A stretch of 64,000 nucleotides of DNA from Candidatus Latescibacterota bacterium. Its GTDB lineage: Bacteria; Latescibacterota; UBA2968; UBA8231. Position 1 is the first letter of the stretch, and every line of letters starts with the position of its first letter. The stretch is from positions 3,520,001-3,584,000 of the forward strand of contig OY730476.1 of NCBI GenBank assembly GCA_963422735.1. Direction: 5' to 3'. Position numbers and translations under genes: made by a program. Below, piece after piece: positions 48,941 through 60,794 of this stretch. The notes below the pieces were generated by a model. It searched no databases. It was given only the letters and a program-made list of their open reading frames with translations, and had not been told where the DNA came from.

Positions 48941-49992
48941 CCGGGCCACTGCTGGGTGGAGATGGCGTAGCGGGCGACAGCCTCCTCGTCCAAATCCACG
49001 CCCAAACCCGGTCCGGTGGGCACGATTGCGTAGCCGTCTTTGACTAGCGGTTCTTTGAGCAGGCTGTGCTCGTGCACGAAGTTGCCGCAGAGGTCGGAGC
49101 CAAAGGTGCAGTTGGGTGCGGCGGCCGAAGCGTGGAGGCGGAAGGCATCGAAAATCCCCAGATCGACATTGGAGGCTTGCCACACGGGGAGGTCCCCGCT
49201 TGCGGCGATGCGCGCCATGTCGAGGAAATCCCAATCCGAGGGGGCAATGTTGAAAGCGTCAACCGCTTCGAGATGCACTGCGTCGATGATCTGGCGGGGG
49301 TTCTGGAAGTGCGGGGCGACGAAGACGCTGGTCTCTTCCTTAAAGCGTCGATATTCGTTGAGATCGGTTTTGGGGAAGGGATCTTCGAAGACCACGTCGA
49401 GTCCATCGAGACGGCGGGCTAGGTCGAGCGCGTTTTTAAGATTGTAGAAGCGCTCGTTGGGGTCTAGGATCACCCGCAGGTCCGGCGCAACTTCGAGACT
49501 GGCGCGGACCCGGTCCTCCATATTGGCATCTTCCCACCGGCACTTCATCTTGATGCCGTGGAAACCCAGCTCGGCGGCGCGTTGGCCCGCGCGGGCGGTA
49601 TCCGTGGCGTTCATCCGCCCGATCCAGTAGTCAACCAGCACCTTGTCTTGTAGCTTGCCGCCGAAAATGCGGCACAGCGGCCAGCCGACCATTTTGCCGA
49701 TCAGGTCGAGGAGGGCGATGTTCCAGCTACCGCCGCGCAAAGCGCGTGGCTCAAAGGTGCTGGGGTCTTTGCCGATCAGGTCGGGTGGTTGCTCTGCGTG
49801 GTCGCCGTAGTACGGTCCGCTCATGCCGAGGCCGGTCAGTCCTTGGTTGGTGTGAATCCTGAGGACATCTTGACGCCGCGTCGAGAGCGGCTCGGGATAG
49901 CCGGGCGCAGGCTCGTCGTACTCGGGCGGGGGTAGGATGCCTGGGAGAAAGGGCACGCAACAGACGGTGCGTTCGAGGCGGGTAATCTGCAT
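48937..49992 (-). CDS. Mandelate racemase/muconate lactonizing enzyme family
   Basis: IALLDLIGK, GFHGIKMK, LDPN, EDP, VPTGPGLGV. Confidence 0.88.
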   Translation of the reverse strand: MQITRLERTVCCVPFLPGILPPPEYDEPAPGYPEPLSTRRQDVLRIHTNQGLTGLGMSGPYYGDHAEQPPDLIGKDPSTFEPRALRGGSWNIALLDLIGKMVGWPLCRIFGGKLQDKVLVDYWIGRMNATDTARAGQRAAELGFHGIKMKCRWEDANMEDRVRASLEVAPDLRVILDPNERFYNLKNALDLARRLDGLDVVFEDPFPKTDLNEYRRFKEETSVFVAPHFQNPRQIIDAVHLEAVDAFNIAPSDWDFLDMARIAASGDLPVWQASNVDLGIFDAFRLHASAAAPNCTFGSDLCGNFVHEHSLLKEPLVKDGYAIVPTGPGLGVDLDEEAVARYAISTQQWPG

Positions 49993-49997
49993 GGCAC

Positions 49998-50873
49998 TCA
50001 GTACAGGGCTTGGTAGAGCTTGCGCTGATAGTCGGCTACCAGCGGATTGTCGCGGCCGAGTAGATGAAAGATGGCGACCATGGCATCCTTGGCTCGGTCG
50101 CCGTTCGGTTTTTTTCCCACGATGTGCAGCCACTCCTGCAACGCGATTTCGTAGTCGCCCTCAAAGGCCGCGCAACAGGCCAATAGGTAGCGGGCCTCTT
50201 GGTCGTCTGGCCGACTGAGCATCCGCTGGGTGCAGGCAGCGCGGCCCCCAGCCTGCTGGCACTGGTTGGCAAACTCGATCTGGGCGAGCAGCGCTTGGGC
50301 CTGCGGGTACTCGGGAGTATCCTCCCCGACGAGATTGACCAGTTCCTGCACGGTCTCGAAGCGGCTCTGCCTCAGGTGAATCTTCGCTAGGCCGATGAGA
50401 GCGGGGCCATCGGTAGGATTTTCCTCAAGCACGTTCTCGTACTGGCGGGCAGCCCCGTTGAGGTCACCGATGGCCGCTAAGTCGTCGGCGCGATGGACGG
50501 CTTCTTCGGCCGCTGGAAGTGGGGCTTGGGGCACTAGGGGCCGGAGGATCGCCTCGATCTGTTCCTTGGGCAGAGCGCCGGTGAATTCTTGGGCTAGCTG
50601 GCCGTCTTTGATGATTTTTACCGCGGGGATGCCTTGGACCCGAAAGGCCATGGCTAGCTGCTGGTTTTCATCGATGTTGATCTTGGCTAGGGCCACGCCG
50701 GGGCCAAGTGCCGCGACGATGTCTTCGAGAATGGGTCCTAAGGTCTTACAGGGGCCGCACCAAGGGGCCCAAAAATCGACGACGATGACGCGCTCCTGCG
50801 AGCCTTGGAGGACCCGCTCTTCAAAGTTTTGCTCATCGACGTCGAATATCTGTGGTTGGGTTTGGATTTCCAT
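49998..50873 (-). CDS. cnoX: Thioredoxin-TPR chaperedoxin (CnoX/YbbN)
   Basis: VDFWAPWCGPCK followed by TPR helices ending YQRKLYQALY. Confidence 0.85.
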   Translation of the reverse strand: MEIQTQPQIFDVDEQNFEERVLQGSQERVIVVDFWAPWCGPCKTLGPILEDIVAALGPGVALAKINIDENQQLAMAFRVQGIPAVKIIKDGQLAQEFTGALPKEQIEAILRPLVPQAPLPAAEEAVHRADDLAAIGDLNGAARQYENVLEENPTDGPALIGLAKIHLRQSRFETVQELVNLVGEDTPEYPQAQALLAQIEFANQCQQAGGRAACTQRMLSRPDDQEARYLLACCAAFEGDYEIALQEWLHIVGKKPNGDRAKDAMVAIFHLLGRDNPLVADYQRKLYQALY

Positions 50874-50938
50874 GGCGTCCTTCCGGTGTGAAAAAGAGGA
50901 ACATGTCGATTTTTGTTGGGTAGTTTCTAAATCGGTGA

Positions 50939-50966
50939 GTAGGGCACCCACAAGGGGTGCCCCTAC
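50939..50966. repeat. GTAG-type REP-like palindrome
   Basis: GTAGGGCACCC-ACAAG-GGGTGCCCCTAC, overlapping the stop at 50963-50965. Confidence 0.55.
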
Positions 50967-52012
50967 CGGGCGCGGCCTCGGCCGGCGACTTTCCATTCCT
51001 CTACGACTTCGCCGTTGCGGAGGGCGAAGAGGCGATCGTGGAGGTTGGTGGTCATTCCGCCGTGCAGGGGGATGAAAGAGAGGATATCGCCTACCTCGAT
51101 TGGACGATTTGCGGCGGTGATATCGACATGGCCGTGCTCGACGGACATACCTTTTATAAAGAGTTCAGGCTGCTCAATGCAGTAGCCATAGGGGATCGGC
51201 GGGTAGCTGGAGAAGGCCTTCTGGCCGGCATCGACGATGGCCTGTCCCGGGCGGGAGGTACTGACCACGGTGACGACCAAGCGCAACGGACAGCGGGTGG
51301 GGTCGAGGTCCTCGCACTTGCCCACGCGGGTCATGCCCTCGTAGGCATACGAGCCGATGCGGGTCTCGGTGCAACCGAGGGATTTGGAGATGGCTTCACT
51401 GCCGGTGCCGCCGCCGCTGATGATGTGCAGCGGTAGGCCGCTTTTTTGCGCCCCTTCGCGCACTTCGTCGAGGAAGGGGCGAACGCGCTCGCTGCTGGGA
51501 TAGGTCATAACGCCGGTAAAGTCCAGTCCCGGTAGCTGATCGATATGCTGGGCCAGCGCGAGGGTGTCGGCGGGCGATTGGGTGCCGACCCGGCCTCCGC
51601 CAGTGTCCATCTCGACGATTACGTAGATGCGGCAACCAGCGGTCGTGGCTGCCTGCGACAGCCCGTCAACAGTGGCCGCGGAGTCGGCGGCGAGCGTCAG
51701 GGTGCTTTTGCCACTTTGGATCAGGCGCGTCAGGCGGACCAGCTTGGGCCGGCCTACGATGTTGTAGGGAATCAGGATGTTTTGGATACCTCCGTCGGCC
51801 ATGGCCTCGGCCTCGCCCAGCTTCTGGCTGACGATGCCAATGGCCCCTGCGGCGATTTGCATGTGCGCAATGGCCGGCGTCTTGTGGGTCTTGGTGTGGA
51901 CGCGCAGGCCAATTTCGAGTTGATCGCAGGCGCTTTGCAAGCCGCGGATGTTTTTTTCTAGTACGTCGAGATCGACGCACAGGGCGGGGGTGTCGAGTTC
52001 GGTAAAATGCAC
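50963..52012 (-). CDS. D-threonine aldolase/DSD1-like PLP enzyme (alanine racemase fold)
   Basis: LDTPAL.VD, LRVHTKTHK, KLGEAE, D.G..R.G, SGGGT, DAGQK, SVEHG. Confidence 0.88.
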   Translation of the reverse strand: MHFTELDTPALCVDLDVLEKNIRGLQSACDQLEIGLRVHTKTHKTPAIAHMQIAAGAIGIVSQKLGEAEAMADGGIQNILIPYNIVGRPKLVRLTRLIQSGKSTLTLAADSAATVDGLSQAATTAGCRIYVIVEMDTGGGRVGTQSPADTLALAQHIDQLPGLDFTGVMTYPSSERVRPFLDEVREGAQKSGLPLHIISGGGTGSEAISKSLGCTETRIGSYAYEGMTRVGKCEDLDPTRCPLRLVVTVVSTSRPGQAIVDAGQKAFSSYPPIPYGYCIEQPELFIKGMSVEHGHVDITAANRPIEVGDILSFIPLHGGMTTNLHDRLFALRNGEVVEEWKVAGRGRAR

Positions 52013-52017
52013 GGCAC

Positions 52018-53109
52018 TTAGATCCTTCCGATAAAAAGGTCCATGTATTGGGCGGCGATTCTTTCCCGAGAGTATTCGCGTCGAACGTAAGCGCGGCACT
52101 GGCGACCGATATCGGCGCGCTCCGCCGGGCCGAGAGCGAGGAAGCGGTGGATCTGCTCGACGAAGGCCGGGTAGTCCTCTGGATCAACGAGAAATCCGCC
52201 TTCGCGCACACTCTCGGTCAGGGCATCGACGGCAAAGGCCACAGCCGGGGTGCCGGCGTACATACATTCGAGTTGGGTCTGGCCGAAACCTTCGACATCG
52301 CCGGGTATGTGGATGTTGGGCATTAGAAAAAGAGCGCAACTGGTGCGCAGCATGGCCAGCACATCGTCGGGGACTTGCCCGAGCAGGACGACGCGGTTCT
52401 CCAGACCCAGTTTGCGGCGGTACGCCTCCAAGCGCGCGGTTTCGCTGCTAGGAGCACCGCAGATCAAGAGGCGAATATCCGCGTCGAGCAGGGGCATGCC
52501 CTTTGCTAAAAATTCGACCATGCCCTTGCGGGGGACCTGGCGGCCGAAAAGCAGCAGGATGCGGTCTTGGCCAAAGCACAGCCCGTGTTCCTGCTCAAAG
52601 CGGACTCGGACCGCTGCCAACTCGTCGGCTGCCAACTCCGGCGGCTCAACCCCTAGATAGACGATTTCCAACTTGGCCTCGAGTACGCCGCTGGCAGCGG
52701 TAATGCGACGGCTGTGTTCGCTGATGACAACTACCTTGTCGCAGGCGCGGACTCCCCAGTGCATCAGTGTGCGCGCGAGGGAATTTTTGTAGGTCATTTC
52801 GAGACCATAGACGGTGGTGACGAATCGCGCTGGACCCAAAGGGCGCAAGAGTGGAGCCAGCACCGCGGCAACCCCGTCGGCGAAGTATACGGCATCGACG
52901 CGGCGGAAGAGCACGGCCCCAAATGCGACCATAAAGCAATAGGGAAGGAACCAAGTTAGATGCAAAAGCGATTGGCGGCCTAGCGCGACGAGGTGGACTT
53001 GGGCTTGGTCGGCTAGCTGAGTATAGAGCGCGTGGCAGTGGGTCTGGATGCCGCCGATAGTGGGCGGGTAGCGGCGGGCGAGGAAGAGAATGTGGGGGCG
53101 ATGGGCCAT
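52018..53109 (-). CDS. Glycosyltransferase family 4
   Basis: YPPTIGG, GRQVPRKG, MPNI...GDVEGFG...LE. Confidence 0.9.
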   Translation of the reverse strand: MAHRPHILFLARRYPPTIGGIQTHCHALYTQLADQAQVHLVALGRQSLLHLTWFLPYCFMVAFGAVLFRRVDAVYFADGVAAVLAPLLRPLGPARFVTTVYGLEMTYKNSLARTLMHWGVRACDKVVVISEHSRRITAASGVLEAKLEIVYLGVEPPELAADELAAVRVRFEQEHGLCFGQDRILLLFGRQVPRKGMVEFLAKGMPLLDADIRLLICGAPSSETARLEAYRRKLGLENRVVLLGQVPDDVLAMLRTSCALFLMPNIHIPGDVEGFGQTQLECMYAGTPAVAFAVDALTESVREGGFLVDPEDYPAFVEQIHRFLALGPAERADIGRQCRAYVRREYSRERIAAQYMDLFIGRI

Positions 53110-53451
53110 AGTGGACTCGAAGAGTGCGACCTCGGGGCCGCCAAAGAACCCCGCGTTCTGGGCAAGACGCGGAACGCGAGGTTAATTTCCGTTCGCAGGT
53201 AGTGCATTCGACCATTTTAGTGCCACTCTTCACGCTACTGAATAGCAGAAAAGCTACGGCGCGAGCAAGCGAGCGGAAATTAAACGTTGAGTTTGTGCAG
53301 AAAGACATGCGTCGTTTTATGCGGTCCTACGCAACTATATGGGGATCTGGCAGGCAGTGCGTATGGGACTAGCTCAAAGCGGCTGATTGCTCTTGCGCAC
53401 AAATAGGCATCACGAGCAACCGCTTCGCGGTTCGGGCACAACACAGCGGAC

Positions 53452-53525
53452 ATGGACAGCGAACTCCGGGTGCTGGAGCGCAAAGTGACGGCCGGGGCGC
53501 ATTTCTGCTGACGCAGCCGGTCTGT
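53452..53525 (+). pseudogene. Remnant of methylenetetrahydrofolate reductase (MetF/YitJ) domain
   Basis: MDSELRVLERKVTAGAH(F)/LLTQPV with a frameshift; matches the K..AGA.F..TQP motif. Confidence 0.55.
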
Positions 53526-53667
53526 GCGGCGGGGTCGCTGCAGGGGGATGCTCAATGGACTCGCTAGTACGTCCCCAACCGCGTTCCAGAGCAATATTTT
53601 ACAGTCTGCGCCTAAACCTCAACTCCTCAGATGCTCAGGAGATCGCCGTTACGAGCACTCGCTGAGA

Positions 53668-55869
<2,202 letters not shown>

Positions 55870-56273
55870 TTAGGGATAATAAACGGCGTTCTCTCGTTAC
55901 CAGGCAAGGGGAATTTGGCTCGGGTAATGGCGCAGGTCCGGGCATCCACCCTCCGCAGTAGTGCTGCTACAGAGGACGGGTGGCGGAGGGTTCGGCAGCC
56001 TGTTGCCAGCGTGAGATAAGCCCTCCGTTCTGCCCGATCTGCCGCGATCAACTTCGCGTCGGGTTGGCCCATCTGACCGATTCCTCAAGCAGCTTGGCTG
56101 GCGATTGCCACGGAAGCGAGAACGTCTTTACGTTGGCCGTGAGCTTCATGGCCTCGATCACGCCTCCCTTAATCCTTGAGAAGCGTTCTTAGAGCGCGGC
56201 CATCACCTCGGGGCCAAGCCGAGCTCCTTGCTCTGTCCATTTGGGCCGCGACGAGGGTTTGGCGCGGGTGCGA

Positions 56274-57344
56274 TCACGGCTCGACGAGGATGTGGCCGGG
56301 GTTTTCCCCGATTACCTCGCCGACGAGCGCGGCGGCCTCTACGCCGTTTTGGCGGAGGGTGTGGCGGAGGGCCTCGGCCTCGGCTGCGGCTACGGCGATG
56401 AGGAGGCCGCCGGAGGTCTGGGCGTCGAAAAGGAGATTGGCGCGGGCTGGATCGACGCTGGCGGCAACGGTGACTTTGGATTCCAAGAAATGCTGGTTGT
56501 CGAGGGAGCCGCCTTCGAGTCCCTTGGCGGCCAGTGCCAAGCTGTGCGCTAGGGCCGGGACTTGGGCCGCGTAAAAAGTCATCCCCACTTGGCTGCCCTC
56601 GGCCATTTCCGCAGCGTGCCCCAAAAGGCCGAAGCCGGTGACATCGGTGACGGCGTGGACAGCAAAGGTGGACAGGGTTTCGGCGGCGGCCTTGTTGAGC
56701 GCGAGCATGGATTCCACGGCCTCGGTGAGGTCGGCTTCGCAGAGGCGGTCGGCCTTGAAGGCGTTGGCGATTAGTCCGGTGCCCAGTTTCTTGCTGAGGA
56801 TGAGGCGGTCGCCGGGCTGTGCACCGGCGTTGGTATAGATATAGTCGGGATGCACCCGTCCGGTGACGGCGAGGCCGTATTTTAGTTCGGAGTCTTGGAC
56901 GGTGTGACCGCCGACGAGAGTGCAGCCGGCCTCGGCGGCCTTGGACTGGCCGCCGAGGAGAATCTGGTTGAGTACCTCCGGCTCGAGCTCGTTGGCGGGG
57001 AAACCGACGATATTGAGCGCGGTGAAGGGTTGCCCGCCCATGGCATAGACATCGCTGAGCGCGTTGGCCGCGGCGATGGCCCCGAAGGTGTAGGGATCGT
57101 CGATGATGGGGGTGAAGAAATCGACGGTCTGCACGAGGGCCTCGCTTTCGCTGAGGCGATAGACGCCGGCGTCGTCGGCGAGGTTGAAGCCGACCAGGAG
57201 ATTGGGATCACTACTTTCTGGCAGACCTGCCAGGGCGCGCCGCAACTGGTCGGGGCGCAGCTTGGAGGCTCAGCCGCCGCAGGCGACCATTTGCGTCAGG
57301 CGCTTGGTCTTTTTATAGGTGAATATCTTTTGCCAACGATTCAT
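56274..57344 (-). CDS. selD: Selenide, water dikinase (selenocysteine-containing)
   Basis: MNRWQ...RLTQMVACGG(TGA)ASKL in frame with DDAGVY, TVDFFTP, ANALSDVYAMGG, DVTGFGLLGH, DAQTSGGLL. TGA at 57270-57272. Confidence 0.93.
57218..57233 (-). promoter_or_regulatory. Candidate SECIS hairpin
   Basis: CTGGCA-GGTC-TGCCAG begins 36 nt downstream of the UGA and contains GCAGGTCTGC as in the E. coli fdhF SECIS apex. The spacing is longer than in E. coli. Confidence 0.5.
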
Positions 57345-57472
57345 AAGCGTTTGGGAAAGATAGCATTATATTCTACGACAAGCGAGGCGAAGCCGCCTCG
57401 CCTTGTCCTGCCTAAGAGCAGGGTGAAGTAGGCGAGACCAAAGCGATCTGTTCGCTAGAAAGGTGATACCGA

Positions 57473-58933
57473 ATGCGCATTGCAATAGCGGGTTTTTCCC
57501 ATGAGTCGAATTCGTTCTATTCGCAGCCGACGCAATTAGAGGATTTCGGGGTCTGCGAAGGCGCAGACCTAATCGGCCAGTACGCGGGAACCTTCCACGA
57601 GATTGCTGGCTATATCTCCGGGGCCGAGCAGTTCGGCTATGAACTCCATCCGCTACTAGCGGCTTCAGCGACTCCGGGCGGTCCGGTGGCCGCGGCCACA
57701 TACGAGCACTTTGTCGGGCGCATCCTCAGCGGACTTGAGGCGGCCCCTCGGCTCGACGGGGTGCTCTTGGCACTGCACGGGGCCATGGTCGCCGAGGGAT
57801 TCCCCCAAGCCGACGGAGAGACCGTGCGCCGGGTGCGTGCGCTGGTGGGCGACTTGCCCATAGCTGTGACTCACGACTACCACGCCAACGTGCCCCCGGA
57901 TCTGGTGGCCGCGGCCGACTCCTTGATCATCTACAAGACCAATCCCCACATTGACCAGCGGGAACGAGGCTTGCAGGCCGCGTCCATTCTGACGCGGCAG
58001 ATTCGGGGCGAGGTTCAGCCCAAGATGGCCTTAGTTAAGCCGGAAGTGCTTTTCAACATCTACTTCCACAACACGAGCGTCGCGCCCATGCAGCCGCTGA
58101 TGCAGGCGGCGATTGAGTTGGAGTCTCAAGCGGAGATTCTCGGGTGTAGTATCGCCGGGGGCTACCAGTACGCGGATGTCCCTTATATGGGTCCGTCGAT
58201 CGTGGTGATTGTCGACGGAGACGCAGAAAGGGCGCGGCGCGAGGTCGAGCGGTTGGGCGAGCAGATGTGGGCCAGCCGCGACCAGCTAAAGGCCACCGTG
58301 CCCGCTCCAGCCGAGGCCGTGCAGTTGGCTTTGGAGAGCGAGGAGACTCCTGTTTGCCTGCTCGACATGGGCGATAACATAGGCGGCGGCTCGTCTGGGG
58401 ACTCGACGTTTGTGTTGGAGCAATTGCTCGCGCAGGAGGCGGACGGCTGGGTCGTGTCGATCTGGGATGCCAAAAGCGCGCAAGCGTGCTTTGCCGCGGG
58501 TGTCGGCGGGCCGGTCCAACTCAGCGTGGGTGGCAAGACCGACGACATGCACGGGCCGACCTTGGAAATTGCCGGCCGGGTGCGGACGCTGCACGACGGT
58601 TCGTACGAAGAGCGCGAGCGCCGGCACGGTGGGGGCCGCTATTTTAATCAGGGGCCGACCGCGGTTGTGCAGGTCGAGCGGGCCGGGCACAAAGGACTGC
58701 TTTTGCTCAACAGCGCGCGCGCCTGTCCCAACAGCATTCACCAGATTACTTGTGCAGGGATCCAGCCCGAGCAGCAGCGGATCTTGGTGGCCAAGGGCGC
58801 GGTGGCACCCCGTGCAGCCTACGAGCCGGTGTGCCCTCGCCTAATTGAGGTGGCTTCGGGCGGGGCGACGGCGATTGACCGCCCCCCCGATGAGTACCGG
58901 CTAGCGCGGAAGTCGCTCTATGAGTGGGGTTGA
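57473..58933 (+). CDS. M81 family metallopeptidase (MlrC-like)
   Basis: HESNSF, LALHGAMV, D.HAN, PHID, DNIGGG..GDST. Confidence 0.92.
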   Translation: MRIAIAGFSHESNSFYSQPTQLEDFGVCEGADLIGQYAGTFHEIAGYISGAEQFGYELHPLLAASATPGGPVAAATYEHFVGRILSGLEAAPRLDGVLLALHGAMVAEGFPQADGETVRRVRALVGDLPIAVTHDYHANVPPDLVAAADSLIIYKTNPHIDQRERGLQAASILTRQIRGEVQPKMALVKPEVLFNIYFHNTSVAPMQPLMQAAIELESQAEILGCSIAGGYQYADVPYMGPSIVVIVDGDAERARREVERLGEQMWASRDQLKATVPAPAEAVQLALESEETPVCLLDMGDNIGGGSSGDSTFVLEQLLAQEADGWVVSIWDAKSAQACFAAGVGGPVQLSVGGKTDDMHGPTLEIAGRVRTLHDGSYEERERRHGGGRYFNQGPTAVVQVERAGHKGLLLLNSARACPNSIHQITCAGIQPEQQRILVAKGAVAPRAAYEPVCPRLIEVASGGATAIDRPPDEYRLARKSLYEWG

Positions 58934-59056
58934 TAAGGGCCGGGTGGAGGCGCGTCAGAGGATTTTTTCACCGATGCACATGGGCCGAGGTCCGCTTGAG
59001 CCCTTTGCGGTCTCCGGCTATATTGTCTCAAAGAAATTACGCTTAGGAGATACGTC

Positions 59057-59323
59057 ATGACGGACGCCACTACCCAGTCCGCTCATTCCTCCGAACCCGA
59101 CGACATCCATTGGGGAGTGGCCTATCTGCGCCAAGACATCCAAGACCTGCGGCAAGACCTGCGCTAGGAGGTCCAAGAGGTGCGGCAGGATATGCGCCAC
59201 CAAATCGGCTTGGTACACAGCCGCATTGATGAGACCAATAAGCGCATTGATTCCCGCTTTGCTTGGCTCATTACCACGATGGTAGCACTGACCGGCATCC
59301 TCATCGCCGTGATAAAACTCTAA
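59057..59323 (+). pseudogene. Small coiled-coil + C-terminal TM protein (DUF1640/Bdr-like) with in-frame TAG
   Basis: AGGAG RBS; MTDATT...LRQDIQDLRQDLR*EVQEVRQD...RIDSRFAWLITTMVALTGILIAVIKL. TAG at 59165-59167. Not in the ORF track. Confidence 0.7.
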
Positions 59324-59396
59324 TTGGAATCAAGTAGCTTTCGCCCGCCGCTGTATAGCTGGTACACGCGACTAAAACCAACAGGAGAAAAACGGC

Positions 59397-60422
59397 TTGA
59401 CACTTCGCATAGGACTAATAGGCGCGGGGGCCAATACCCGCCTACAGCACATCCCCGGTTTTCAAGGCATTGACGGAGTCGAAATAACCGCCGTCTGCAA
59501 CCGCTCGCGCGAATCGGGCCAAAAGATCGCCGACGAGTACGGAATCCCACAGGTCTTTGAGGACTGGCGGGCGCTGATCGCAAGCGACGACGTCGATGCA
59601 ATCTGCATCGGCACGTGGCCCTATATGCACTGTCCGATGACGCTAACCGGGCTTGAAGCGGGCAAGCACGTGCTGACCGAGGCGCGGATGTGCATGAACC
59701 TGGCCGAGGCGCGGCAGATGTACGCGGCCTCGCAGCAAACGGATAAGGTGGCGATGATCGTGCCAGCGCCCTTCTATTTGTCGGCTGAGCCGCTCCTGCT
59801 CGACAAGCTGCACAGCGGTTTTTTCGGCGACCTATTGGAAATTCACTGCACCGGCCTCTCCGGCAGCTACGACCCGGACGCGCCGCTGCACTGGCGACAG
59901 CGCCGCGATTTGTCGGGCAACAACATCATGGTGATGGGCATTGGCAACGAGACCGTGCGGCGCTATGCCGGGCACGAGAAGGCCGTGATAGCCTACGGCA
60001 AGACATTTACGACAGATCGGCTCGACGAGGAAACGGGGAAGAGAGCACCGGCCGATGTGCCGGAGAGCTTGGGCATAGTCGCCGAGATGGAAAGCGGCGC
60101 GACAGCGGTCTATCACCTGAGCAGCGTCGCGCACTTAGGCCCTTCCTTTGGCTTTGCCTTTTACGGAACCAAAGGCTCGTTTAAGATGGACGAGAGTGGG
60201 ATATGGATAGCCGGCGAGGGCGACGACGAGTACCAGCCCTTCGACATCCCCGAGCATCCGCGCAATGGCTGGCAGGTGGAAGAAGACTTTATCGCCGCCA
60301 TCCGCGATGGCCAGCCCGTGACCCACACTAGCTTTGCCGATGGCGTCAAATACATGGAGTTTACCGAGGCCGTGCATATCAGCATGGCGGAAGGGCGGCG
60401 GGTGGAATTGCCGCTTGATTGA
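59397..60422 (+). CDS. Gfo/Idh/MocA oxidoreductase
   Basis: IGLIGAG.N...H, VCNRS, IGTWPYMH, GKHVLTEARM. Confidence 0.9.
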   Translation: MTLRIGLIGAGANTRLQHIPGFQGIDGVEITAVCNRSRESGQKIADEYGIPQVFEDWRALIASDDVDAICIGTWPYMHCPMTLTGLEAGKHVLTEARMCMNLAEARQMYAASQQTDKVAMIVPAPFYLSAEPLLLDKLHSGFFGDLLEIHCTGLSGSYDPDAPLHWRQRRDLSGNNIMVMGIGNETVRRYAGHEKAVIAYGKTFTTDRLDEETGKRAPADVPESLGIVAEMESGATAVYHLSSVAHLGPSFGFAFYGTKGSFKMDESGIWIAGEGDDEYQPFDIPEHPRNGWQVEEDFIAAIRDGQPVTHTSFADGVKYMEFTEAVHISMAEGRRVELPLD

Positions 60423-60430
60423 GGAGGGAA

Positions 60431-60697
60431 ACGACGAGTTTGATTGTTGCTCAAGTCTATGATGCGCTGAGCGAAGCGGGAACATCCAAAGAAAAGGCCA
60501 AGGCGGCTGTGGGGGCGATTCCCCTCGCCGAGCGGCTGGCCACCAAAGAGGACTTGGCCGAGTTGAAAGCGCAATTTAACGATCTGAAAGTGAGCATTAA
60601 CGAGCACTTTGCCAAAATTGAGCGCGATTTGGCGTTGCTCAAGTTTGGGTACGGTCCCGCCATTTTGGCACTGCTGGTCAAAATCGCGTTCTTCTGA
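60431..60697 (+). CDS. Small coiled-coil + C-terminal TM protein (DUF1640-like)
   Basis: VYDAL.EAG...EKAKAA, LATKEDL, hydrophobic C-terminus. Start ambiguous: ACG directly after the GAGGAG RBS, or TTG at 60440. Confidence 0.7.
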   Translation, partial: TTSLIVAQVYDALSEAGTSKEKAKAAVGAIPLAERLATKEDLAELKAQFNDLKVSINEHFAKIERDLALLKFGYGPAILALLVKIAFF

Positions 60698-60762
60698 GAG
60701 AGCCAGCAGGATCGAGAAAAGCGTAGTAAGTAAAGTAACGCCTGCTTAGCAGCTAAAGAGAA

Positions 60763-60794
60763 GCGGCCGGGGCTTTTGCCTCGGCCGCATTTTT
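60763..60794. terminator. Hairpin between convergent genes
   Basis: GCGGCCGGGGC-TTTT-GCCTCGGCCGC followed by ATTTTT. Confidence 0.6.

Noticed and set aside
57378-57406. Hairpin CGAGGCG-AAGC-CGCCTCG between selD and mlrC as a riboswitch or tRNA-Sec
   Set aside because: A single short stem with no cloverleaf or aptamer features.
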